DNA of 61,743 nucleotides, the filler included, from Basidiobolus meristosporus CBS 931.73 (taxonomy: Eukaryota > Fungi > Basidiobolomycota), in the NCBI GenBank assembly GCA_002104905.1. It is 3 parts of 3 records of this genome, joined end to end, with 100 filler letters (N's around TTAATTAATTAA, not from the genome) between each part and the next. Parts side by side here need not be neighbours in the genome. Positions count along the whole stretch, not along the records: positions 44,406 to 61,743 come from MCFE01001094.1; 2 more parts are not named here. The stretch is one strand, 5' to 3'. The notes beneath the pieces were generated by a model. The model was not told the origin of the DNA and made no database searches. It saw nothing but the letters and a program-made list of their open reading frames with translations. Within the stretch, counting starts at the first letter, position 1; each line of letters begins with the position of its first letter. The position numbers and the translations under genes were made by a program. Shown here in pieces: positions 51,550-61,743 of this stretch.

Positions 51550-53040
51550 AGTCTTGCTTTGTACTCCTAATGTACAATCAGCCTTGTATTTTGTCTTGAA
51601 GACCTATCTGCATCCAATTGCTGTCTGATTGATTGGTAATTTGACCAAGTCCTGGGCTTGATTTTTCATCAGGGCTTGATACTCATTGGTCTATACCAAT
51701 CTCCTAAAGCTTGTCTGAGGACTTTTAGGCCCTCTTTTACAGTCTGGGGCTCATTGATATGGACTGAATAGGCATAGGCTAAGCTTCACCCTTATTACTA
51801 TTGTACTTAGGCTAGATCTGGTCTGGTTGAATCTCCTGGCATGTAACACAGGAGTGAACACTTTGGGGATATTCTTGGGTACTGATTCAGGCTGCACTAT
51901 GCTCAGAGATGCTCTGCATATATTTTATATCTATACCAAAACTCAGTTGGAGTTGAATGATATAGTACTCTGCTTTAATGCATATTCTTAAGATATTTAG
52001 CTTTACTAACCAATTTTAGCACATATCATAGGAAAATTTTTCATCATGGATATGTTACAAGTCTTGGTATAAGAGTTGTAGAGGATTGGGAGTTTAGCTA
52101 GTATTGTATTCACTAAAACTTGAACTGATCTTTATTGAGGTTTCAGCAGCTCCTTATATACATTTTGCCAGATCAATTGCTGACCAATTGTATTTCCTAA
52201 TGTAGGCTGTGGCTGATGACTCATTTGATTGCATCATCATCACCCAATAAGATCCTACCTAATATATCTTTTTCTGTCTGATAAGGATCTGCTAATTCAT
52301 TTGCTGACTAATACTACTGATTCAATAGATAATACGGATATACTGATATGTTAAACATAGAACTAATTGATTTGACTAAAAACTGATCTAACTTAAACAT
52401 TCAAGTGGCAGATCATAACAGATAATAGACCTTGCCATATCAGCTATTGATATGGTTGCATCTTCTGACATACCATTCTACTATGGAGAGTATGGTACAG
52501 TTGCTGCTTGCTTTTTTCCTTGAATTTTGCCCAAGTGGATGAAGAGTCTTATGAAATATTTTTCAATATTGCCGAAGTGTATTTTTTGATTTTTCACCAG
52601 TTTCTATCTTAATCATGGCTATATGCTCCCTGCACTTACATAGAGCTTCATCCTTTCTGCCCATGGAATAGACCACATGCATCTTATAAAATTATTACCA
52701 AGTGCAATGAGATATCTTATCCTACCTAAGGACAAACTTTGCATAGGTCCACAGAGTTTGGAGTAAGTTGGATCTAATTTTCTATTGTTTCTGATTAACC
52801 CAGTGCTCTCAAATAGCTGTTTGGCTTGTCCCCCATATATGTATGCTTTGTAGTGGCCTAAACTGGTTGCATGATCAACTCTTACTTCAGAAACAAGCTG
52901 ATCTTTAACCATTATGGGTAAATAATCAAATTTGATGTGTCCAAATCTTATGTGCCAAAGCCTTGGCTTTTCCTTATTTAGTCATTTATATTGACTTTTA
53001 GCTATGACATATTAATTAACTCATACGGATTCTGATATCT
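51550..53040 (-). mobile_element. Copia integrase-to-RT remnant interrupted by LTR B
   Basis: LWHIRFGHIKF, CGPMQSLSLGRIRYLI, EPQTVKEGLKSP...VFKTKYKAD on the minus strand. Confidence 0.8.
52053..52420 (-). mobile_element. Solo LTR family B
   Basis: 368 bp; 4-bp TSD GATA (52049-52052 and 52421-52424). Confidence 0.95.
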
Positions 53041-53081
53041 GATACCCAAAGCAATATAGGCATCATTTTGATCAGTGATCC

Positions 53082-55600
53082 TATTGTAAAAGTTTGTAAT
53101 TCCACGTTGCTACTTACCTAACTTAGTGACCTAGATGATTAACTTCAAACTCTAGAGAATACTGACTAAATCTCTTGTTGGGGTTCACTTAAAATATTTC
53201 CACCAAAATACCATGTACCCAGAACATGAAAGTTCTCAGAGTTGTCCAAGCAGCCCCAAACTTGCACACATGTTCTTGGGACCTTCCTCAGCCAATTCTA
53301 CGTGTTTGTTTTGCCAAGATCATGTAAAAGTATAAATTCTACTTTTAAGTTCAATAAATCATTAAGTGAAAACCACAAAATCTATTGTCCTTGCAATCAC
53401 TTCCAATATCTCCAAGACACTTACATAAGGTTATGTACCCCAAGCTTTCACTCTCTGCAATGTCCACTTCTGCTATTACTGGAATTCTTCCCTCTGCTGA
53501 AAAGTTGGATGGATCTAACTACCAAGTGTGGAAGGTGAAGATGAAGATGCTGCAGCATGAACAAGGCCTTTGAGATATTGTCATTGGAGAAGAATGTCCT
53601 CCTAAAACTTGGGAGAGGAAGCCTCAAAGGACCTGAAGAAAGAACAAATTGCATTTAACTGCATTTGCCTTAATGTTAAAGACAAATTGCTAATTCAATG
53701 CTCAAGAGCAAAAAGGGCAAAGAATGCCTGAATGGCATTAAAAGACACCCACCAGTCATGTTCAGCTGCTAATAATATGTAACTGAGACAAAAATCCTTT
53801 ACTACAATTATGCAGCCAGGAGAAGAAATGAAAAATCTAACTAACAGAATTACCCTGCTGGTAGATGAGTAGGAATCTGTGTGCATGCTCACTACTGATG
53901 AGAATGTGATAGTCACCACCAGGAAAAGTCTGACAGGCATGTTTCAGGGCCTTTTATCAGCCATGGAGTCCAGAACTGATAACCTGACCTTGATTTACAT
54001 ACATGGAAGGCTTCTGGATGAAGAATTAAGAATATCAAGTGCCAACAAGAAGGAAGAAGAAAATGCATTAATAAGCAATGATAACCAACAAATGCAATAC
54101 CCAGATCATACCAATACGGTAGCAATCTGCTTTACAACTACTGCAAATGGAAAGGCCACACATGAGATTGATGTCTCAAAAAGAGAGATAATCAGCAAAG
54201 GAACCCAGAATATGGAAATATGGCAACAACTGAAGATAGACTACTCATATCTGCACTGAATATGACCAAAAACAAGGATTCTCAGATGTGGTATGTTGAA
54301 TCTGGAGCATCTCAACACTTTACACACCAAAAAGAACTTTTAACTCAGTATCAAGAAAATCCAATTACAAAGGTTTTAATGGGTAAAATAGAACACTTGA
54401 TGCAGTGGGAGAAGGTACTAAACAAGCAAATTTTAGAAGCAGTGAAGGAAGGCATACACTGACCCTTAAAGAAGTACTCTATGTACCAGAAAAAGCCAAG
54501 AACCTACTATCTGTAAGCAAGGTCGCCGTGGAAGGACTCAGTTTCAGCTTTGACAATTCTGGCTACAAGATCACTGATCAAAATTGTGCCCATATTGCTT
54601 TGGGTATCAGAGATCATAATCCATGCAAGTCAACTTATATACCATGCTATTTGGAAGCCAATAGAAGTAACTTCAATGAAGAAACACCAATGCTTTGGAT
54701 CAGGAGATTTGGGCACATAAAATTTGCTTATTTGTGCCAATTGATCAAAGACCAGCTAATTTCCGGTGTAAATATTGATTCCCAGCTGATTTGGAGCACT
54801 GTGAGGCCTGCATATATGCAAAACCAGTCAGACAACTATTCAAGAGCTCTGGGCTGATCAAAACAAAAAAATGAGATCTAATTAACTCAGATCTGTCTGT
54901 ACCTATGAAAGATATAATCCTTAGCAGGATGAACTATTCACTTGTTTTAATGATGATTATGCAGGATACGGGCATGTCTACTTTGTGGAGAAAAAGGAAG
55001 CAGCTCTGTCTAAGCTCAGGGAGTTTAATGCAATGGTGGAGAGAGAAATTGGTGAGAAAATCAAGAAAATATGCTCTGAAAATGGTGGAGAAAATACCTC
55101 AAAACTCTTCATCCACTTCTGCAAAATTCATGGGAAAAAGCAAGAGACTAGTGTACCATACTCCCCTCAGCAAAATAGAGTAGCAGAATGTGCAAACTGA
55201 TCAATAATTGAAATGGCAAGATCTATGATGCACAATCAACAATTATCCCACAATTTTTATGTGGAACCAGTTGCCACAGCTGTAGACCTTAAAATAAGAG
55301 TTATTACAGAATAATTCATAATTCTACTTCATTTGAAGCATGATATGGATACTGACCAAGGGCAAAATATCCAAGAATATCTGGGTGTATAGCATATGCC
55401 AAAAAACCTCCTAAAAATCAGTAAAAATCTCTGCCAAAAAGTGTAAAATACATATTTTTGGGCTACTGCAATGTGAGTAAAGCATACAGAGTCTACAATA
55501 CTGAAACAAAGAAGCTACTCAAGTCCAGGGATGTGGTGTTTGATGAAAATTCTAAATCTTCAAAAAAAATCACATCAGATGATGACACAGTTCTGATCTC
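53082..55600 (+). mobile_element. Copia family A 5' half: LTR, PBS, gag, protease, integrase (decayed; RT absent)
   Basis: LTR 53082-53428; PBS GGTTATGTACCCC from 53429; KLDGSNYQVWKVKMKM; WYVESGASQHFT; YSPQQNRVAE; GYCNVSKAYRVYNTETKKLLKSRDVVFDE. Confidence 0.9.
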
Positions 55601-57482
55601 AAGTTCATCAATTGTCAGACTTTGCCATTTAGTGCAACCAGTAAGGCTACATCCAAAAAAAGCCCTGTGGACAATGTGCCCACTGAAGGTAAAAATGTGG
55701 ACTCCTCCTGGTCTCAGTCAAGTAGGCAATTGAGCACCTCTGCGGAGCCACAAGCTGAGGTTTATCCTCAGGCAGATGAGAATGTAGCAAACACAGTACT
55801 CTCAGTTGATGATCAGCAAGTTGCCATGATAACATCACCATTGCCTATATTAGCAAGTATGTGGTCAGCTTATAACAAAGCATTAATGAAGCAATTAGGT
55901 GCAGTGGCTGATAGGATAGATGCAATGACCCAGAGAAATCAGGAAATAGTCAGAAACAGTATGAGCAGATAATATGTGTAGAGCAATCAATATCTCAGGT
56001 AAAGAAAGCAGTAGCTTTACTGCAAAGAAGGAACTCAACTAGCTCAATGTCACAGCCATGAGTTAAGCCATTTCCTAATGTAACAGCAGAGGAACACCGT
56101 ACAATTTCTAAAGCACAACAACAGTGCCCAAAGATAACGCCCACAGAAAAACCTACCACAGTGTGGGAGGGAGACAATGTGGTGATTATACCAAAGCCTA
56201 AAATTCAAACAATACTGAGGAACTGTGAAGCTGTTGAGTGCAATAATGAAGAGTATGTTCATATACAAGAGGCTTTTAGAAGTCTACCATGCCATCACCT
56301 AAAAGCCAGCATACCATGGGACCATCAGGAACTCAAGGCCATGCAGAATACACTTGAACTGTTCCATGAGCATTATCCTGGATACAAAAGGGCAAATTGA
56401 TTCTGTGCCAGCATTGGTACACTAAGAAAGGATCTCAAGAATAGCAGAAACTATCAGAGGCAGAAGAATAAGGGTGTCATGGCTAAAAGCCAGTGGCTTC
56501 CTCAAGAGCCTGTTACAAGCAGGGCCAAAAGCTCCAGACAAGTGTCAAAGAGACCTTGGGTAGCTAGAAGAGTGCCAACTAGGGACAAGCAGAAAGACAC
56601 AGATGCACCAGCACAGCATATATCAATGAAAAAGCTCTGTACTACTCAAGAAGCACCTAGTCAAAGTAGCAGTGAAGGACCTGGCAGTGATAAGAACCAA
56701 CCACTTTTACAGGAGCCCATCACAACTACAGTTGAGAGCTCAAAACAAGCAGAAAAGAGATGTCAGGTTGCCATAAGAGTGCTAGCAAGGGACAAGCAGG
56801 CCAAATCAGATGTGTCAGAGCAGAACCTGTCCAGGAGAAAACATAGTTCTTTACAAGGAGTACACTGACAAAGTAGCAGTGAAAGACCCAGCAGTCATAA
56901 AGCAAAAGGTAAAGGGAGAAATGTCTATCCAAGCTTGATACAGGAAGACATGCAGAAGAACCAAACTTCCTGCCAATTAACACCTCAAGCCTGGAACAGA
57001 CTGCACCCAATCATAGCCAAGATGATTTACCAAAAAGAAAACAGCTGTTTTCACAAGTGTTGGAAGTGCAGCCAGAGAAGCTACACTTCAGCAAGGTAGA
57101 TGAGTTTGCTGAAAAAGGCAACTTGTCTACCACAGCCTCTACATCCTCCAGTGTTGATAGATTGGAGATCTCACTGACCAACAAGGCTACAACATCATGA
57201 ACTCAAAAGGCTATAATAATGCCTTCAGTGGAGTTTTGGAACATTAATAGGCACACCAAGAGGTTGCAGCACTTCTTCAAGAGCAGTGCTCAAGAAAACA
57301 CACTGGAATATTGCAAGGATCTATTACAAAGACTGGCGGATGAGGTGCTAGACCTTGCAGTGCCAGCTGAAGACCAGGATATGTGGGAACCAGTGAATGA
57401 ACAGAATAAAGCTGTTGGGTTCCTACCAAAGTTGTTGACCATAGCATTACAGCAGAAATACTTATTGAGCGGTGGATTTTAA
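55600..57482 (+). pseudogene. Uncharacterised repeat-borne ORF remnant fused after the copia integrase
   Basis: Chain of ORF fragments (55622-55972, 56161-56400, 56479-56868, 57219-57482) with no RT motifs; second copy at 28940-29860. Confidence 0.5.
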
Positions 57483-57849
57483 TGGAGCTACTTGCTGAGT
57501 GTGGGGCTGGGCTTCTTGTGAGTGTAGGGTTTAGGGACCTGTATAGGTTAATACAGTTGGCAGTTGAAATCCAACTGTAGTTTCAACAGAAATGAAATTA
57601 ATTTGTACGCCTGAAAAGTAAGTGAAATGGTTAACTCAAGAAGGAGTGTGAAAAAGAACCAATAGCCAATCAATGCACACATATGTAAGAGGTGACAGAG
57701 TGTCTGGGATCAGAAAGTGAGCAGATTGGCAGGGAACCAATCAAAAGCCACTTATACATTGTTGTGATGAGAAATTTGACTAAGTTTTTTGTGAAAAATG
57801 GGGGCAATTACTTCTCAACAGTCACTGGACAGTGTCCTGATGGGATCAG

Positions 57850-58605
57850 TACCTATTAGTCCCTGGACTTTAACTTTGTGACGGCCTTTTGATGGGATCA
57901 TCTCAATAAATTTTCATGGGGTACGCCACTCACATATTCCACTGTAGAATCACCCCGGAGTATTTGCTTACCCATTACTACCTTATGAATTCCACATATA
58001 GATTGAATCAAGATAAACTACAGCCTCCTGCATTCTAACCTCTAAAAATGCACACATCAGCCACAATTGACATTGTTTTATTACCTCAGCTTTATGGCTT
58101 TTCACTAAAATACTTGGAAAGTTGTTATTTACCTTAAATTACTAGTAACATACACATCTTAAAGGCATATGCATGGCTGCTGCCACTTTTGCCATGAATA
58201 CTCCTGAATATCCACAAAGAACTTTTTGGTATTAGCTAATTTATTCCTTCTCATTGCTGGGTTCTACTTTTCCTTATGGGTGTGCTCTGGCTCTTGTTAG
58301 TGTGCATTCTGTATTGAATTGTGTAGAAATTAGCTTGTGACCAGGAGAAGCCTGGCAAACTTGCCAAAGCTGTAGTAATAAAAGCATGTTGCTTGTTGTG
58401 TCAAACACAACTATGCATAACCTCAGTGATTAACAAGTATTGGGTTGCTTAGCCTTTTAATGCCAAAGGCCTAGGTGTCACCATGTGCACATCTGTCCTC
58501 AGTATCATACACCTCTTCCTGGCTGTCTTCCACAATCTCACTCACCACATCCTTGACAAGTGTGAAGGTTATACAGTTGATGTGATTGGGATACGGTAGT
58601 ACCTG
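57850..58605 (-). mobile_element. CACTA/En-Spm remnant (target of the young gypsy insertion)
   Basis: Colinear with 49100-49810 and 31640-32340. Confidence 0.7.
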
Positions 58606-59032
58606 TGTTATGATCTGCCGCTTGAATGTTTAAGTTAGATCAGTTTTTAGTCAAATCAGTTAGTATATGTTTAGGTTATCAGTACATCAGTATTATCTAT
58701 GAAATCAGTAGCATTAGTCAGCAAATGAATCAGCAGATCCTTATCAGACAGAAATAGATATATTAAGTAGGATCTTATTGGGTGATGATGATGCAATCAA
58801 ATGAGTCATCAGCCACAACCTACATTAGGAAATACAATTAGTCAGCAATTGATCTGGCAAAATGTATATAAGGAGCTGCTGGAACCTCAATAAAAATCAG
58901 TTCAAGTTTTAGTGAATACAATACTAGCTAAACTCCCTATTCCTCTACAACTCTTATACCAAGACTTGTAACATTGGTAGCAGCGATAACCAGAAACCTC
59001 CCTCCTGAAGAAAAGAAGAAACCACCCTTGAG

Positions 59033-61378
59033 ATGTCGGACAATCAAGAATGGAAAAATGCCATGCAGCAAATCCTGGCCCAACAGCAACAGCTACTCCA
59101 GATCCTCAGCCAACAGCAACAAGGAATGACTACCATGGCTCAGAGCCAACAAAGCCCTGTCAAGAGCAACTTTAGTGTGAAGGTCAACCGGTACCATGGC
59201 AGAGTCAATGAAAACCTGGGAACTTGGCTCTTTCAGATTGAAGAAGCTTTTAAAGCTAAAGGAATTGCTCCAGAGAGCAAGTTGCATTATGCAGCTTCTT
59301 ACCTGGCAGATGCAGCTTTACAGTGGTACCACAACAAGATCAGGTCAGCTACTATGATGGGATGCTCTACAATCTCTACCTGGGATGAGTTTGTGTCGGA
59401 AATTCAGGATGCTTTTGAACCTCCACACCAGCAGACACTACTAAGAAGGAAGTTAAAGACACTCAGACAGAAAGGAATGGTGCAAGAATACATCTATGAG
59501 TACAGATGTCTACTTGGACAAATTGAAAGAATGGACCCCTTGGATCAAGTTGAATACTTTATTGATGGGTTGAAAGAAAGAACTCGCAAGGAAGTCAATT
59601 ACCGAAGACCTCAGACTATTGAAGAAGCCATCAAGATTGCCATTGACTATGACTCAGCTATGTTTGGAGTTGGGAAGCCTACAGTGACTAATCAGAAAGG
59701 CTATAATCATTATGAAAGAAGACAATCAGAAGCAGTACCAATGGAAATAGACGCTATGCAGAAGAATCCCTCCTCAGAAGAATGCAAGAAGAGAGGACTT
59801 TGCTTCAATTGCCACCAGCAGGGACATATTGCAAAGTACTGCCCTCAGAGAAGAAATGGACACCAGCCAACAAGAACCTTCAACCATATTGAGTCCCATG
59901 AACACAATAATGAGGAAGATGAGCTTGAAGAAGACTCGGAACTCACCTTCCATATGACAGAAGAGTACTTGTCCCAAATGACTTCAAACTCAGGGAAGTT
60001 ATTGTACCTGAATGGAGCAATCAATGGAGTACCTGCCAAGATCATGATTGACTCAGGAGCATCGCATGAGTACATGTCAGAGCAATTTGCTTTGAAAGCT
60101 GGAATCAACTCGGAACCTACCAAATCAACTTCAGTCTCCACAGCTGATGGGAACTCCCACATAATCAACCGTATTACCCAGCCAGTAAGAATGAAGATCA
60201 ATGACTATGAAGAAGACCTACAGGCTTATATATTTGGGAACTGCAAGTTTGACCTTGTACTTGGGAAAACCTGGCTATTTTGTCGTAATCCATCAATCAA
60301 CTGGAGAACCCATGCTACTCAGATCCAGAAAGACAACAAGACCTATGAGCTATTACCTGCCAGGCTGGATTTCAACTTGGTCAATTCCAGTGTGTGTGAG
60401 ACAAGTGAACTTAGCAAGACCCAGTTCTGTAGAGCACTTAGAAAAGGTACCCAGATGTTCCTCATGGCGGTATTACAGGAGGATTCCTCTATCCCAGCAC
60501 CCCAGCAGGTCCAGACTCTCTTGAAGAAATATTCAGACGTGTTTCCAGATGAGCTTGTAAGCCTACCACCAGTCAGAGACGTGGATCATGCCATTGACAC
60601 AGGAGATAGCCCTCCAGTGAGCAAGACACCTTACAGAATGAGTCCATTGGAATTGGAGGAAATGAAGAAACAAATTGATCAGCTATTGGAGCAAGGATAC
60701 ATCAGGCCCAGCAAGTCACCTTGGGGAGCACCAGTGCTTTTTGTGAAAAAGAAGGATGGAACACTTAGGATGTGCATTGACTACAGAGCCCTGAACTCAG
60801 TTACCGTCAAGAATAAGTACCCCATACCTCGGATTGATGAGCTTTTGGACCAACTTAATGGAGCCACTATTTTCAGCAAGATCGACCTCATGTCAGGATA
60901 CAACCAGATTAGGGTGAAACCAGAAGATATCCCTAAGACAGCATTCAGGACCAGATATGGACATTACGAGTACTTAGTCATGAGTTTTGGCCTCACTAAT
61001 GCCCCTGCAACATTCATGACGCTGATGCAGACTGTCTTTCAGGAGTACTTAGACAAGTTTGTGATAATCTACCTGGATGACATATTGATATACAGCAAGA
61101 CAGAAAAGGATCACATGGTGCACATTGAAAAGGTCTTGAAGAAACTAAGAGAGAACAAGCTATACGGCAAGCTAGCCAAGTGTGAATTCTTCAAGGAACA
61201 CGTAGAATATCTGGGACACATAGTGACTAGCACAGGAGTAACCTTAGACCCCAAGAAGGTGGAAGTAATCAAGAATTTGAAGCAGCCCCATAGCATATCA
61301 GAACTCAGATCCTTCCTTGGAATGGTTTCCTATTATCGGAGATTTGTCAAGTCATTTGCAAGTATTGCAGCCCTTTAA
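59033..61378 (+). CDS. Gag-protease-reverse transcriptase polyprotein (single frame)
   Basis: Retrotrans gag domain, zinc knuckle [14 protein letters not shown], protease IDSGAS, RT motifs [18 protein letters not shown] and YLDD. Confidence 0.95.
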   Translation: MSDNQEWKNAMQQILAQQQQLLQILSQQQQGMTTMAQSQQSPVKSNFSVKVNRYHGRVNENLGTWLFQIEEAFKAKGIAPESKLHYAASYLADAALQWYHNKIRSATMMGCSTISTWDEFVSEIQDAFEPPHQQTLLRRKLKTLRQKGMVQEYIYEYRCLLGQIERMDPLDQVEYFIDGLKERTRKEVNYRRPQTIEEAIKIAIDYDSAMFGVGKPTVTNQKGYNHYERRQSEAVPMEIDAMQKNPSSEECKKRGLCFNCHQQGHIAKYCPQRRNGHQPTRTFNHIESHEHNNEEDELEEDSELTFHMTEEYLSQMTSNSGKLLYLNGAINGVPAKIMIDSGASHEYMSEQFALKAGINSEPTKSTSVSTADGNSHIINRITQPVRMKINDYEEDLQAYIFGNCKFDLVLGKTWLFCRNPSINWRTHATQIQKDNKTYELLPARLDFNLVNSSVCETSELSKTQFCRALRKGTQMFLMAVLQEDSSIPAPQQVQTLLKKYSDVFPDELVSLPPVRDVDHAIDTGDSPPVSKTPYRMSPLELEEMKKQIDQLLEQGYIRPSKSPWGAPVLFVKKKDGTLRMCIDYRALNSVTVKNKYPIPRIDELLDQLNGATIFSKIDLMSGYNQIRVKPEDIPKTAFRTRYGHYEYLVMSFGLTNAPATFMTLMQTVFQEYLDKFVIIYLDDILIYSKTEKDHMVHIEKVLKKLRENKLYGKLAKCEFFKEHVEYLGHIVTSTGVTLDPKKVEVIKNLKQPHSISELRSFLGMVSYYRRFVKSFASIAAL

Positions 61379-61743
61379 CTGATATCCTCAAGAAAGACAA
61401 TACCTACAAGTGGGACATAGCTTGTGAGACTGCCTTCCAGACACTAAAGAATGAACTTGCTAAGCTGCCAAGCTTAAGAATACCAGACTTCAGAAAAGAG
61501 TTCACTCTGTGCACAGATGCTTCAGATTATGCAATTGGTGGAGTGCTGAGCCAAGAACATGAGGGAAAGGACTACCCTGTTGCCTTTGAATCCAAGAAAC
61601 TGAACTCAGCAGAACAAAACTATCCAGTTCATGAGAAGGAGATGCTTGCTATAATACACTGTTTGAAGACATGGAGATGCTATATTGAAGGAGTCAAATG
61701 CACTGTGAAGACTGATCATGCCTCCCTCAAGTATATATTTACT
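61374..61743 (+). CDS. Continuation of pol (connection and RNase H) after a single-base frameshift
   Basis: Frame tta act gat atc ctc... is open to the window end: LTDILKKD...[18 protein letters not shown]...[12 protein letters not shown]...[11 protein letters not shown]. Confidence 0.9.

Larger units (their letters stand above)
58606..61743 (+). mobile_element. Young Ty3/gypsy family B retrotransposon (continues beyond window)
   Basis: 5' LTR 58606-58973 (TGTT...AACA), PBS TTGGTAGCAGCG at 58974-58985, long gag-pol ORF. Confidence 0.95.

Noticed and set aside
58795-58990. Tf1-like self-priming of gypsy B (LTR segment partly complementary to the PBS)
   Set aside because: Complementarity is gapped and weak in the youngest LTR. 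TGGTAGCAGCG is more simply read as complementary to a tRNA 3' end (Leu-like CGCTGCTA-CCA). Unresolved without the host tRNA set.

Overview
Eukaryotic (fungal) genomic DNA in two compartments. About 1-14.4 kb is gene-bearing. It holds an intronless secreted chitin deacetylase with five hevein/CBM18 modules, a UNC-93-like MFS transporter, a tandem trio (two intact, one pseudogene) of small secreted two-repeat cysteine proteins I cannot assign to a family, a tRNA-Arg relic, a gap-truncated tRNA-Pro, and four solo LTRs of one Ty1/copia family. About 14.5-61.7 kb is a nested transposon graveyard with no recognisable host gene: decayed Ty1/copia elements with a half-tRNA(iMet) primer site, a Ty3/gypsy family (nine LTR copies, 4-bp TSDs, one decayed element and one nearly intact young element running off the right edge), and at least six CACTA/En-Spm transposase remnants. 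The most unusual component is a two-gene DNA transposon: an IS5/ISL2/Harbinger-type DDE transposase plus a divergent ORF with a SAP-like motif, GACTTGTTC termini and TA flanks, together with its 732-bp foldback derivative. Old repeat copies show strong CpG-to-TpG/CpA decay. An early-diverging fungal lineage is plausible but is inference only. I found no CRISPR array and no TnpB/Fanzor or RuvC ORF. Boundaries of decayed elements are approximate unless a TSD is quoted.
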